In this document: one piece after another, positions 1 to 12,952 of the stretch
Layout: each line of letters opens with the position of its first letter
Position numbering within the stretch: position 1 is the first letter of the stretch
NCBI GenBank assembly: GCA_032718475.1
Contig: JAUCBJ010007768.1
Location: forward strand, 1 to 64,000
Direction: 5' to 3'
DNA length: 64,000 nucleotides
Source: Nemertoderma westbladi
Lineage: Eukaryota; Animalia; Xenacoelomorpha
Translations under genes and position numbers: made by a program
The notes under the pieces: model-generated
Database searches by the model: none
What the model was told of the DNA's origin: nothing
The model's input: the letters and a program-made list of their open reading frames with translations, nothing else

Positions 1-239
1 CAATGAATTACTATTATGAATATTCAGTATACATTTTGTATGTGTTAATATAGTAAATTGAATGTGTTATTGTTAAAGCAACGTTACAGGTAACAATGGA
101 AAAATAAAACTATTAAACTATTAAAACTATTAAACTAAGCTAATTATGGTTGAAATAACAGGGATTTAGTGCGATGGGAGCATAATTACCCAGTTGGAGA
201 TATCAGCTATGGAGGGCAAACTCCATACAACCAATCATA

Positions 240-1600
240 CACGAAGTGGGGCCTTCGCGCAGCACGTGAAATGAGTTAATGCTAAGTATCAACTCGAAAG
301 GATTATAAAAACATAGGAGAAGATTTTCCCGGAAAACGTTAACCCTCTAGCGGGAGACTGGGTAACTGAAGAAGGAAGGATTAGTTTCCCTACAAAGCCA
401 CATCCTATGGTCTATTACATATCTACCAAGTTTCCGATTGACGGATCATAAATAACGAAATGTTGGAAGGTTTTCACTTTCATACATTTAGCCCTCTAGC
501 GGCATATTAAAGAACTACGGATCGATCACCTTCCTCACAAAGACGAGGCATGTGGTCTAGTACATACCGGTACTGTATATTCCAAAATTCAGCTTAAATA
601 GATTAAGATCAAGGAATTCGCAAAGGTTATCACTTTCCTACATTTCGCCCTCTAGCGGCAGACTCGAAAACTCCGGACCGATTACTGTCCACACAAAGAC
701 TTAGGATGTCTTCTAGTACATATATGACAAGTTTCAGCGTAATCAGATCATAAACAACTAAATGGAAGAATAATTTCACATTCGGGACATTTCGCCCTCT
801 AGCGGCAGACTGGAGAACTGCAGACAGATTAGCCTCCTTTGAAATTTACAGCTAATGGTCTAGTACATACTTCCCAAGTTTCAGCTTAAACGGATTAAAA
901 GCAAAGAAATGGGTGGCCATTTAATGTTTAGACATGTGGCCCTCTAGCGGGAGACTGGAAAACTTCGGACCGATTACAATCCACACAAAGACTCAGGATG
1001 TCTTCTAGTACATATATGACAAGTTTCAGCGTAATCAGATCATAAACAACTAAATGGAAGAATAATTTCACATTCGGGACATTTCGCCCTCTAGCGGCAG
1101 ACTGGAGAACTGCAGACAGATTAGCCTCCTTTGAAATTTACAGCTAATGGTCTAGTACATACTTCCCAAGTTTCAGCTTAAACGGATTAAAAGCAAAGAA
1201 ATGGGTGGCCATTTAATGTTTAGACATGTGGCCCTCTAGCGGGAGACCATTGCACTGATGGTGTCTGAAAGTCTCTCAAAAATCTCAACTTTTGCTCATA
1301 TTGATACCTACAAATTTTCAACTTGGCAGCTTTAAATCCGACAAAGTTATTAGCATGTCAAAATCGTAACGACGACGACAACGACGACGACGACAACGAC
1401 GACGACGACAACGACGACGACGACGACGACGACAACTATTTGCATAAATTGACCCACCCCCTAACAGTGTCAATTCGCTAAGGCTCCGCCAACTTCGTGG
1501 CTCGCCACGACGACGACGACGACGACAACTATTTGCATAAATTGACCCACCCCCTAACAGTGTCAATTCGCTAAGGCTCCGCCAACTTCGTGGCTCGCCC
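240..1600. mobile_element. HINE/Helentron-like non-autonomous element with ~146-bp internal tandem repeats
   Basis: CACGAAGTGG at 240 is inversely matched by CCAACTTCGTG at 1489 and 1582. Seven 145-156 bp core units each carry CCCTCTAGCGG (343, 492, 648, 795, 940, 1087, 1232), the last four forming a near-identical 292-bp dimer. A (GAC)n microsatellite lies at 1369-1436 and the 3' 93-bp block is duplicated. This layout resembles Helentron-associated interspersed elements (inference). Confidence 0.55.
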
Positions 1601-2744
1601 CACAATTTATCATTTTCATTTATCACAAAAGGGAGACTCAAAACCCAGACTCAATGAGGGACCACCGGTATTTTTAAGCAGGCTAAAAGTAAATTCAACA
1701 TAAATTGCAAACGCAACTCACAATGTCACGATTTTCATACCAAAGGGAATAATCAACCTGATGTTGTAGAACATAGGACATATGGTAGCAAACAAAATCT
1801 TAATTTTAGGAACATGTCTATTCTAACATATTATTGTCAAGGTTATAAGAGAAATAAAGAATATATTTGGCACCTCATAAACAATGAAAAAAATCCAGAT
1901 TGTGTGATAATCCAAGAGCACGGCTTGGTCCACGTGAAGCAATGTTTCATCTGAACAAATAACGCCTTCCTCCAGGCTATCATGCATTATATACTATTAC
2001 TGATGGAATGAATGACCTGAAACCAAGAGTCAGGGGAGAAGGTGGTGTTACATTACTTATCAAGGACAGTATCTACACCTTTTGTTCACGGATACCAACT
2101 GACACAGATCGTATATTAGCTATATCCATTAATGGCTTATTCACCATCGATGATGAACTTTATGGAGTTTATATGCTATGTAAAGGAGGTCAGGATGAGG
2201 ACAGAGTTGACTACCTCTCACCAATTTATCTGCTCTCATAGAGGCGCATAATAAATTACCGATGCCACGAAGTATGTGTGGCTTGCGATTTTAATAACAA
2301 ATTTAACAGAGTTTAAATTACTTTAACTATCTTTTTATTGACCACATCCTGGATGAATTTAATCTTGAGGTTTCTAATGGCTATCTAATGGTTATCAAGA
2401 CAGGGCCAAAGGTCACATATAGGTTCAGATCAGGGAGTTTCTCTGCAGTTAGATCGTCATTCATAGATCATATTGTGCTTCCCAAAGTTTAATGGAGTGT
2501 CTACATGCAACTGAAGTATTTAAATGTAATAAAATTAATCTGTCTGTCCTATCTCAACCAAACTTGGAGCTGATCACAGGTATGGATGTTTTCCCCAAAA
2601 CGAAATGGTCAAAATGTAGATCACCTATTTTCCTTTTTAATAAAGCCACAACTCAACAGCTTTTGAATTACAACAAGGATATTAGGAATGAAATCAACCT
2701 GCAGAACATTAACTGGTATAGTGGCTATAATGGCTAATTCTCAG

Positions 2745-3389
2745 TGTAAGCGGATTCAATTCCGCCTCATTACCCACCAATAATTGGGATAGTGGCATTT
2801 TCAGCAATATGATGGAGATACGAGATTAGCAATATTAATCTCGTTTCACAACCAACATTTGGGGGGGGGCAACACACAAGCCCCGAAGCCACACACAAAG
2901 GAAGGTTAGAGGTCAAACCACCTCGGAGTGGACACAGCTAGCAGAGGCTAGCAGCAGAGGGGAAACACTCCCAGAGAGTGAAAGGGTGAGAAGTGGGTTA
3001 TTAGCCAATAAGGGGAAAGGAGAGCATCCATTAGGAAACAGGCCAAGGTAGCGTAGGAGTGAAGTAATATTCGTATATCAATCATATATTATCTCCTGCT
3101 ACCGGTTTGTGATTCAGTTTAGTTAGTTACCCAGTTTCAGTGCAGACGGGTAATATTGTTTTACCGTCATCAACATCGGCTGTATATCAATGTATTACCG
3201 GTATCAAGCAATATTGTCATCCGCCATCGTATTAACTGTGCTATTATTATTATATTACAACGCCAAGGAACAACATTAACTCTGAACGCTTTTCTCCAAT
3301 GGCCTCGGCCAAGCTATCAGTGACACCATCCCAGCCAGCGGTGACGCGTACGAACAACTTACCCGGTCGGGATCTCTGATCCCGTCACA
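2745..3389. mobile_element. Solo LTR (645 bp)
   Basis: Begins TGTAA and ends TCACA, flanked by a perfect 5-bp duplication CTCAG (2740-2744 and 3390-3394); no internal coding sequence. Confidence 0.8.
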
Positions 3390-4281
3390 CTCAGCATGAT
3401 AATATCAATGGTGATGTAGCAGACAGTATGGCAGGTGTACTCATTAAAATTATTAATAACTCAGCAAAGAACGATATACCCACTGTATACTCCCTGCGGA
3501 AACGGAGGTATAAATTCAGATATACTGACAATAGCAATAAATGCTCTTGGGAACATGTTGACATGCTTAGATTGTAAAAAATCGAAATTACTAGAAATGG
3601 AATATATCAGAATGAAAAATCAAGCTGAGCAACATGCACCAATACAGCAACAACAACAGCCAATGCGGCAATATGGACCAATATGTGCAAGTTTAACCAA
3701 ACCAGGTTTTGGCGCCTACTCAAAGAAGAAGACAGATTAGCCACTCGTGACATCTATACTGATTAACTGAGTAAATACTACAGGGTAAATTTTGATTCAG
3801 GGCATAAATGGACCCCCAAATCGACATCCTCTCAATATAGATCCTCTCAGGATATAGCAACTGCCGTTGGTAATTACTGTCGGTAATTCTCAGCAAAGCT
3901 GCTGGTAATCACAATTTGGTTGCAGAACACTCAGTTGCAGGAGCTGTGACATTATTTACAGAATTTTCAACTCTATTAGAGTAACAAAATGCTTCCCAGA
4001 ATCACTCACCACAAGCCTGCTAAAACCAAGCCAAGCCAAGCTAAAGCAAGCCACCACAAGTCTGTTAAAAGGAAAAGACAGAGACATTCATAAGACAGAG
4101 AGTTATAGAGGCATCTCAGTTATCTCGGTTCTAGAGAAAGTATGAGAACTACTATTTTAGATGACATAAAGAGACTCCTAACAAGTGATTTACAAATGGG
4201 CTATAAACCTGGCCTGAACACTGAACTGCCACACCTATTAGCAAGTAAGTTAATCAAACATTTTAACAGCAAGTAAGTTAA

Positions 4282-4816
4282 GGGGGGGGGGGGGGGGGGG
4301 GGGTAGCGCATTTTCTGACCATAAAGTCGAATTTTTGAAACATATCCTATCTGATGCAGAATTTCATGCTGAATCCAAATATGGAAACCGTTTTCCCATA
4401 TCTTGCTTAGTTTTCGAGATATCTGGGATAGAACATACTGGCTCCGATATATCGCAATATGAAGTGTGGGGTTTGCATTCAATTTCTGCAAATTTCTGTG
4501 CCCAGTGGTGCCAATTGGATGTCTCCACGAGAAAGAGAACAAAATTTTAATTGATTGGACCTACTGATCAGTTTATAAGACAACTTCAACTCTCCGGAAT
4601 GAAAACGGGTCTCAAATAAGCGACTCTGCGGTCTTTGCGGGATTACACGGAATAGACTTATCGGTCATCGGAGATCTTCAAAATGTATAATCTCTAGTTC
4701 TAGTGGTCGTACGAAGTTTTGTTTTAGGCTCATTCGAAAGCTCTTTTCTCAGAGACCAAAAAACGGAAAAACAGTTTAAAATTCGTCTTTTTGGTCAGAA
4801 AATGCGCTACAATCCC
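4282..4816. mobile_element. MITE with TTAA target duplication (Kolobok-like GG...CC ends)
   Basis: TTAA at 4278-4281 and 4817-4820. Terminal inverted repeats GTAGCGCATTTTCTGACCA / TGGTCAGAAAATGCGCTAC. It interrupts the LINE RT frame, which resumes as LIKHFNRGG. Related copies at 31020-32075. Confidence 0.8.
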
Positions 4817-6800
4817 TTAATCAAACATTTTAACAGAGGGGGATCAACTGTCTACCTACTGTCCCTGGACCTGACAAGTGCCTTGGATACTGTAAACTAC
4901 CAGAAATTATTTATCAAACTGGAAGATACATCTCTTGATCAATCTACTCTGCAATCTCTATACTCATACTATTCAAAATCCAAAATAATTCTTAAGGTAC
5001 ACAATCATGTCATTTTGAAACACATCTCTCTTAAATGCGGTATGCGGCAAGGTGGTATCCTATCACCACTTCTTTTCAATATATATCTCTTTGATCTTTT
5101 TAAAGAATTGGACTCCATATAAATGATCATTGTTACCCTGCACTAAATTATGCAGATGATATCCTCCTCATGGCCAACCTAAAATCGCACCTAGAAGAAA
5201 TGTTTGAGAAATGTATTGATTACTTTTCAGAACACAAATTAATACTAATTTAAATTTAAATAAATCACGCTTTGTTACATGTAATCCAAACGGCTCATGT
5301 AAGGATATAGAGCACCTTTGCTCTGGAATACCAGTATCCTCTGCCTCATACTGCAAGTTTCATGGAATTCCATTGCCTGCTACACGACGAAACATCCTTG
5401 ATCACTACACTAAGAGGATGTTGACCAATGCATTGAGAATGAAAACTCATGGCCTGGCAGTAAATTCTGTACCCCTCATCATCACCTCTCTTGTATGGCA
5501 AACAATCGGCACACCATCAATCATATATGGTGTATCTAGTGTAGACAATCACAGATGGTCTTGCATCAACATGGGATAAGGCATTGAGATCCCTTCTTCA
5601 CTCAGGTGTCAAATAATGTTCTTTTCTCTCTTTTTAATGGACACGACTTTGAGACTAAGGTAACTCCCTCGAAATGCTGCAGCATATATGCGGCCTTCAA
5701 CTGTACTAATATAAAATCACTTATTTTTTCGCCTATCTATTTTAGTTTAGTTTTTCTATTAGGTTTAGAACTAGATGACCTTTATAATAAGTACTCTATT
5801 GGGGCTTGGAAACTAGTACTATCCAGCCCGGCAGGATTGTCTATACACCAGTACAGAATGAAGCATGTCCTTTGGAGCAAAGAAGGTTTGGAATTTTCAT
5901 TTCTGGATTCAATTCTCCTATTGCAATCTGCAATCTATTTTTAACATTCCCGAGCAACACATCTCTCATAAAAAGGGTGTTGTACTGGATTTCTACAGCC
6001 AAAGATGTTCATCTTAATGATGTTCAGCTAGACAAAATCTGATTGATATTATTAATACACCACAATCAAAACTAAATACGTTTATCTTTTATAATTAATT
6101 ATAAAATTATTATTAAATTATCAAATAATAATATCAAATTATTTTTATTATTAATTAATTATCTTTTATATTTACTTATTGGGAAATTTTGAAAAGGCTG
6201 GCGAATGTTTTAAAAAGTGATAAAAAGTTGATATATATTGTAACCTCATTTTGCAACACCCAATACGAACTATATTGTAGTGATAATAATTTATTTTGTG
6301 TAAATTATTTCATTAGGAAATTTTTAAGTGCAGTCACAACCTTATATTTGTCTGACCCTTTTATCGATTAAAGCCGCCGGGGCTTTATGCCGGATTGAAA
6401 TGAAAATGAATGAAATGTTTTATACCATACCAGATTAAACAAAGCAAAGGACTCAGTAACTTTCTTTATCCAAACTGGCCAACAATTAACAGCCATCTGC
6501 ATCAATAAGGAAACTAACCCTAGCAACACCCAATCGGTCGGGAGTAGTGCCAACCAACTCTCGTCACAAACTTATTGGGTTTTTATGCAAGATTGGCTGG
6601 AAAATAACTACTTACCGGTGCAAGTTCCAGAATTGTAATTGTAGTATTGGTAATATGTGATCCCATCAATAATGCATTGTTGTGGTTTGCTATGCGATAC
6701 ACATGGGGCAGTATCAGCGGTGGGTACTGGGTAGTCCTGGTAGCATTCTGGAATAAAAACGATACACATGGGGCAGTATCCGTGGTAGGTACTGCCGCAG

Positions 6801-9800
6801 ATTGAGACCAACCCAGGACCCAGCAGGACGCGGGCCCCGAAGATCAACTGTCCCATCTGTCAACGAGGAACAAACTCTCGGAGTAAGATCGTCCAATGCG
6901 AGAGTTGTGACACATTTGTACATTTAAAATGTTACCGTAGGAAAAGCAGTAATTTATTCTCCACCAGAAACAATCTTGAGCCAAGTTTTCTCTGCAATAG
7001 CTGTATTTTTACCGAACTTCCCTTTCATGATACAATTTTAGAATCAGAAACCGACGATTCATTCCTCACATCGCCTCTGCAAACTCCAAGTGATGCTGAG
7101 AGTGAAACTTTTATATTTTTTAAGAAAAAAGGTCTGCATTTTTTGCATTTAAACGCACGATCTCTGCTTCCCAAACTTTCGTATTTTAATCAATAAATCC
7201 AACCCAACAGTTTTAACAATCTCTGAAACTTGGCTCGATGATAGCGTTTCTGATGGAGAAATTTATATTGATAATTACGTCGATTTACGTAAGGATAAGG
7301 ATATACACGGTGGTGGTGTCTGTACTTACATTCGATGTGATTTAGCTTTTAATCGTAGGGAAGATTTAGAGTCTTGTGACGAAGTTTTACTGGTGGAACT
7401 TTTACTTCCTAAAACTAAACCTATTTTAATCGGTACTTTATATCGGCCCCCTAAACAATCAGATTTTTGCAAAATTTTGAAAATACAATTTTATGTAAAC
7501 TTAGGTCAGACTGTGAAATATATTTCTTAGGTGATTTTAATATCTGTTACCATCACAAAGCATCCCCCATCTGTAAACAGTACCAAAGTATTTTAAATTT
7601 GTTTGGTTTAAAACAAATTATTCGAGATTCTACCAGAATTACCAGTAAATCTTCTACTTTACTAGATCACATCCTTTGTAATAATACCGATATTATTTCT
7701 CAATCTGGGGTTTTACCTATAGGTCTAAGCGATAATTTTATAGTTTTTTGCACAAGAAAGACACAAAAATCTTTTTTCGGGCATCATAAAACAGTAACTG
7801 TTAGGTCTATGAAAAATTACAGCAAGGAACGCTTTTTAAGTTTGTTAGTTAATTCAGACTGGGAACCCTGTTTTAAGGCCGCCCGCTAACATTAACCTTG
7901 CGTACACTGTTTTTAAAGATATATTTCTAAAGGCACTTAATACTGTAGCACCAATTAAAGAAACTGCAATTACTGCAAATATAGAAACCTTGTCCAACGG
8001 GAAATAAAAAAAGCTAAATCTGAATATTTGTACAACAAAATAAGTGAGAATAAAGATAATCCTAAAAGTCTATGGTCTACCCTAAAATCTTTAGGTTATA
8101 AAAACCTTAAATCTAAATCGAATATTGTTCTGCAAGATAACGGTGAGCTGATTCATGATCATACTCTAGTTAGTAATTTATTTAATAATTATTTTACTAA
8201 AGTTGCCTCTAATTTAGTTAAGAAGTTACCGTTATCAAGTAATAAATATAGTATAGGGTCCGAAACTCTAAATAATTTTTATTTAGAAAAGTTACAAAAT
8301 TCAGAAAAGTTATTTTTAAAACCCGTTTCTGAGGATTTCGTTTTTCAAAATCTACTTAGCCTATCAGCCTCAAAAAGTACCGGTCTAGACCTAATACCTG
8401 CCCGTTTTCTTAAGGATGGTGCTGAAGTACTTAAAGTGCCTATTACTTTTATTATTAATTACTCTATCGTAGATAATGTAGTACCAGACGAACTGAAATT
8501 AGCTAAGGTTGTTCCTCTGTATAAAAAGAATAGTAAAGTAGAACCCTGTAATTACAGACCTGTTAGTATCTTAAAGTATTGTATCTAAAATTCTAGAACG
8601 TTCTGTTTTTCTACAGCTGGAAGCACATCTTAGTTGGCTAAATCTGATCTATGAACTTCAGTCCGGCTTTCGTAAATCATATTCTACAGACACCTGCCTT
8701 ATTAACTTAACTGATACAATTAGATGTAATAACGCAAAGGGTTTATATACTGGTATGGTAATGTTGGACCTACAAAAGGCTTTCGATACTGTAGATCACG
8801 AAATTCTGCTTGGTAAGTTAGGCCTGATGGGTGTAGGTTCTATAGACTGGTTCAAGTCCTACCTGTCAGACAGAGGTCAAACTGTAGTCATTAGCAAATC
8901 GCAGTCTACTGTACAAGAGATTACCTGTGGTGTACCGCAAGGTAGTATATTAGGTCCTCTGCTTTTTGTATGCTATGTAAATGATATGATAAGTAGTATA
9001 GATCCCGATTTTAAACTCATTTTATATGCCGACGACAGTGCTCTTATTTTCTCTCATAAAGATCCTATCCATATTTCCCAAAAGTTAAGCGCAGTTCTAG
9101 AATCCTGTAATGAGTGGTTGGTTGATAATAAGCTATCCATTCACTACGGTAAGACTGAAAGTATTTTGTTTGGTTCCAAAAGAAAGTTAAAGAAGGTAAC
9201 TAAGTTTGAAGTCACTAGTAATGGACATAAGATTGAAAAAAAAGGAAGTTAAATATTTAGGCGCCACATTGGATAAATGCTTATCAGGAGAAAGTACAGT
9301 GAAAAATATTTTCTCGAAAGTTAACAGTAGGCTTAGGTTTCTATACAGAAACCAAAATAGTTTAAACACCGACTCCCGCAAGTTACTTTGCCCTTCTTTA
9401 ATACAGTGTCACATGGACTATGCATGCTCTTCTTGGTATGAAGGCTTAACCAAACAGCTTAAATGTAAATTACAAGTAGCTCAGAATAAAGTAGTACGAT
9501 TTATTAAAGACTACAAACCTAGGCACCACCTAACTCCAGATGACTTTTCTGAATCTAGACTACTTAACTTAGATAGTAGAGTTAAGCAGCTACGTCTTAA
9601 CCATGTGCATAAAGTGTATAATGGTAAATGTCCCAATTACCTAAAACAAAAATTCAACAGGGTACGCGATACACACTCTTACAGTACCAGAGCTAGTGCT
9701 TCAAACTTCTACCTCCCGAATTGTAAATCCTTCGAATCTGATACTTTCTTTTTTAACGGCATTAAAAATTGGAACGCTCTGCCAAATGAAATTAAAAACC

Positions 9801-10219
9801 TAGATAATCAACATTCTTTTAAATCTGCAGTTAAATCTCACCTCCGTGTGCAATGTAAAAATAGGTACAATAGTCCTACAGTAAGTTATTAGTTTATTAA
9901 TTATTTACTATTTATACTGTAATTATGTTTTATAATAAATTGTTCTGTACATTACATCTTTATCGTTGAGTCTGGCATTGTCACGCTCTCGGTAAAATTG
10001 TACATGTACATAGTGTAATTACGTTTTATATTGGTTTTAGGTTAGCGTAGTGTAATATTGTATTTGTAACCAAGTAACATAAAGGACCCCCTTGGAAATA
10101 AGCTGCAAAGCTTTAGGGGTAATCATATGTTAAGTTGGACAATACCTTTATACCGGTACATTGTTTGGTGTATTTGTTATTGTTTTTACATAATGTATAA
10201 ATAAATCTATCTATCTATC
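6801..10219 (+). mobile_element. CR1/L2-group LINE ORF2 (2A-like peptide, PHD finger, APE endonuclease, RT), frameshifted
   Basis: One frame from 6801 reads IETNPGP...CPIC...CESC...HLKC...CNSC...HLNARSLLPK. Later fragments give [44 protein letters not shown] and KYLG; stop at 9892. The 3' UTR ends AATAAATAAA(TCTA)n at about 10198-10219. Confidence 0.9.
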
Positions 10220-11059
10220 AGAAATTAGAAAGGAAAGGAAAAAAATAGGAGAAAGAAAATTGTTCATGCAGTATATAATTTGTGAATGTAAGCATAAATA
10301 ACCTTAGGTAAACGCATGGTGTACACCACCCATATTGCAATCATTGATAATTGATTTTTGATTTTCCTGGATATGAGTACTGAAGCAGTCCAGGAGGTCG
10401 ATAACGGTTTACTCTTAAAACCTTAGCGTTTTAATTTAGCCAACCAGACCCCCAAATAGCTGTTATTATTATACTTATTATAATACTTAATATTACTGTA
10501 TTATGATCCCACTGGTTTCAGCCATACACTTTATTACTGAACTAGTTATTTATCATTGAAAATTGACTGTTGTATTGTATTATTAACCTTACAGAGGTCC
10601 AAGCATGTTTTTTATACATATTGCATAGCCTTACCTAGTGGCAAGCATGGTGTATCCATATTGTACACTCCAGTAATTATTGAAGATGCTAATGTATTAG
10701 CCTTGCAATTAGCTAACAGTCCGGGGTTCTCTGCTTGGCAGGCCGCAGTGACTTCACGAGGACATGACATTACTATAGGAAGAAAATATTGGAAATTCTT
10801 TAACACGAGCATTCATATAAATCTTGATAGAGCCTACAATGCTAAAAAATAAAATAATGGAAGGCCAAAGTAAGGCTAGCTCAAAGAAAGGCAAACATAA
10901 ATAATGTGTATGTGTAATAATGTGTAATAGTGTATTGTACACTACGCCTACAGCCAAAGTTCAATACAAAAACAGATTATCGTTAATATAATGACACAAA
11001 ATATAGCAGAATAATATTGACATATTTGTTTAAGAATGATGGTATCTAATCTATTTCTT

Positions 11060-11545
11060 TATTTATTATTCTTTAATCCAGACAGTAAAATTGTCCATAA
11101 AAACATTAAACAAACAAATAACACAAAACAAACACAACAGAGCACAATGAAAGCAAGGAAAAAAAATAAATACCAAAAACCCTAATAATGTAAATCCCCT
11201 ATGTTCAACCAATAAACTGTAACGTGTCGCGTATGCGACTCGTAAGGAAAGTTTCCATGTGCAACTGCACAACATTAGTGAGACACTAGCATAAAAAGCA
11301 TAACCAAATAATCGTCTAGCAATAATATTGTAGCCTACACGAAATTTATTATATATGTCTAAACTGTAGTTCCACCGTGACCACAAAGCATTGCAGTAAT
11401 ATTTCGTACAGAAACATTGAAATAATTTCATCTTAACACTGGTTGAACACTTATTAAATTTCCTAATTAGTAAATTACCACTTTTATAAAGGCTATGTAA
11501 TTGGTTCAAAATATCAAATCTGTCATGTGAATAATTGTTTATTGT
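11060..11545 (-). mobile_element. 3' part of a minus-strand LINE (RTE-X-like), continuation of 27951-28500
   Basis: INNYSHDRFDILNQLHSLYKSGNLLIRKFNKCSTSVKMKLF is a typical post-RT region and follows on from ...NYLGHI at 27951; AATAAA-rich 3' end near 11060. Confidence 0.7.
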
Positions 11546-11583
11546 TTATATCACAGAACCTACAGAACCTTAGCATACTACTG

Positions 11584-12952
11584 TGTTCGCGGTATTTCAA
11601 CTTTTCCTAACGCGAGTTGAATATTTTTTGGATTTATTTAAAATGAATATACCGATATCACTACTGGGTGCGGGAACATGGTATTTGGGTACATTCAATG
11701 GACTGGGGGCGATTTATGGGCGAATATTGGGGCGACTTACGGGGTACGGGACTCATTTCATGTATTTAAGGGCCAGGGGTGGGAGGCAAAGTTAAGCAGT
11801 ATTCAGGTTTGCCTGATTACTATTAGGCCTAGCCAACTTCCTGCTGCCTGTAGAGGTGGATTTGGTAACTCGCTAGGTCTAAAGGACAAGGACTGCCCTT
11901 AGCGGTCCCTGGCCAACAGCAGTTATTACGAGCCTGAAAAGGACATCGGAAAGTCTGCTGCTTGTGTCAGGGATTTGCGACGGGAACCGACGACAGACCC
12001 CTAGCCAAGCCTTACTGGTTCCTGACCGATCCCTTCGGGGTTTGGTAAGGGTGGGACGGACACGCGAACGGGTCGACCGACTAACGGAGGAAGGGTTCGA
12101 TGAGGACTGCCTTCCTGAAGTGGGTTCCACAACCGGTGTTAGTACGAGCCTGAATAACGACTCGGAAAACCACCAACCATTGGGGCTCACGACGGGCTGA
12201 TATACCCCTTGCCAAGCCATACTGGTTCCTGACCGATCCCTTCGGGGTTCGGGAAGGGTGGGACGGACACGCAACGGGGTCGAAAGATAAAGGACTAGAC
12301 TCTACTGGCCTACTGACTGTTCGGAGCAGCTTCTCGGCTGCCGAAGCGACTACGAGCCTGAATAAGGACTCGGAAAGCCTAGGTGGTTGGGTCCCTGCGA
12401 TGAACCGACGGACCCCTAGCCAAGCCGTACTGGTTCCTGATGACCGATCCCTTCGGGGTTCGGGAAGGGTGGGACGGACACGCAAATGGGTCCACCGACA
12501 TGACAGACCCCTAGCCAAGCCGTACTGGTTCCTGATGACCGACCCCTTCGGGGTTTGGGAAGGGTGGGACGGACACGCAATAGGGTCGACCGACACTATG
12601 GTACCGAGACTAGGACTAGAACATTAGTTAGGCTAAAATCTGAGCGAACAGTGGGTAATTAAATAATATACTGTAGGGATTTATATTGTCGTGTTATATT
12701 ATTGTGAATATTTGGTGTATATTGGTTTGGGGAAGCCCAACTTATTCTCAATCAAGGTTCAACTGTAGGGAAGTTACATTAAAGAGTATATCCAACCAAT
12801 GAACCAACCTTTCCCTCAACCGCAATCTTGCATTTAAGAATGTTTTCCTTCTCCACTACCAATATCCGGTGACTGGCCGGGATTCCATGGTCTGAAAAGT
12901 TCCGCCTCCAGCATCGGCGTTTTCCCCCATGGTGTCGGGAATAACGGCAACA
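11584..12952 (+). repeat. 5' LTR of BEL element (1369 bp)
   Basis: TGTTCGCGG...GGCAACA, direct repeat of 24149-25530; contains four internal ~80-bp modules. Confidence 0.95.

Larger units (their letters stand above)
1800..6420 (+). pseudogene. Highly degraded non-LTR retrotransposon (APE endonuclease + RT), split by a solo LTR and a MITE
   Basis: EN remnants GEGGVTLLIK, YGVYM, CDFN, SFIDHIV (about 1820-2480). RT remnants SYRGISV (about 4100), SLDLTSALDTV, GMRQGGILSPLLFNIY and YADD (about 5150). Many stops and frameshifts; TGAAA-type tail near 6400. Boundaries approximate. Confidence 0.7.

Noticed and set aside
12411-12475. Hammerhead reading of the LTR module (CUGAUGA-stem-GAAG)
   Set aside because: GAAG replaces GAAA, stem II starts C-G, there is no U16.1 before the cleavage site, and half the copies lack the full CUGAUGA; a k-turn explains the sequence better.
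11583-12627. Short ORFs in both LTRs
   Set aside because: GC-rich repeated modules open in several frames, with boundaries differing between the two LTRs and no domain motifs.
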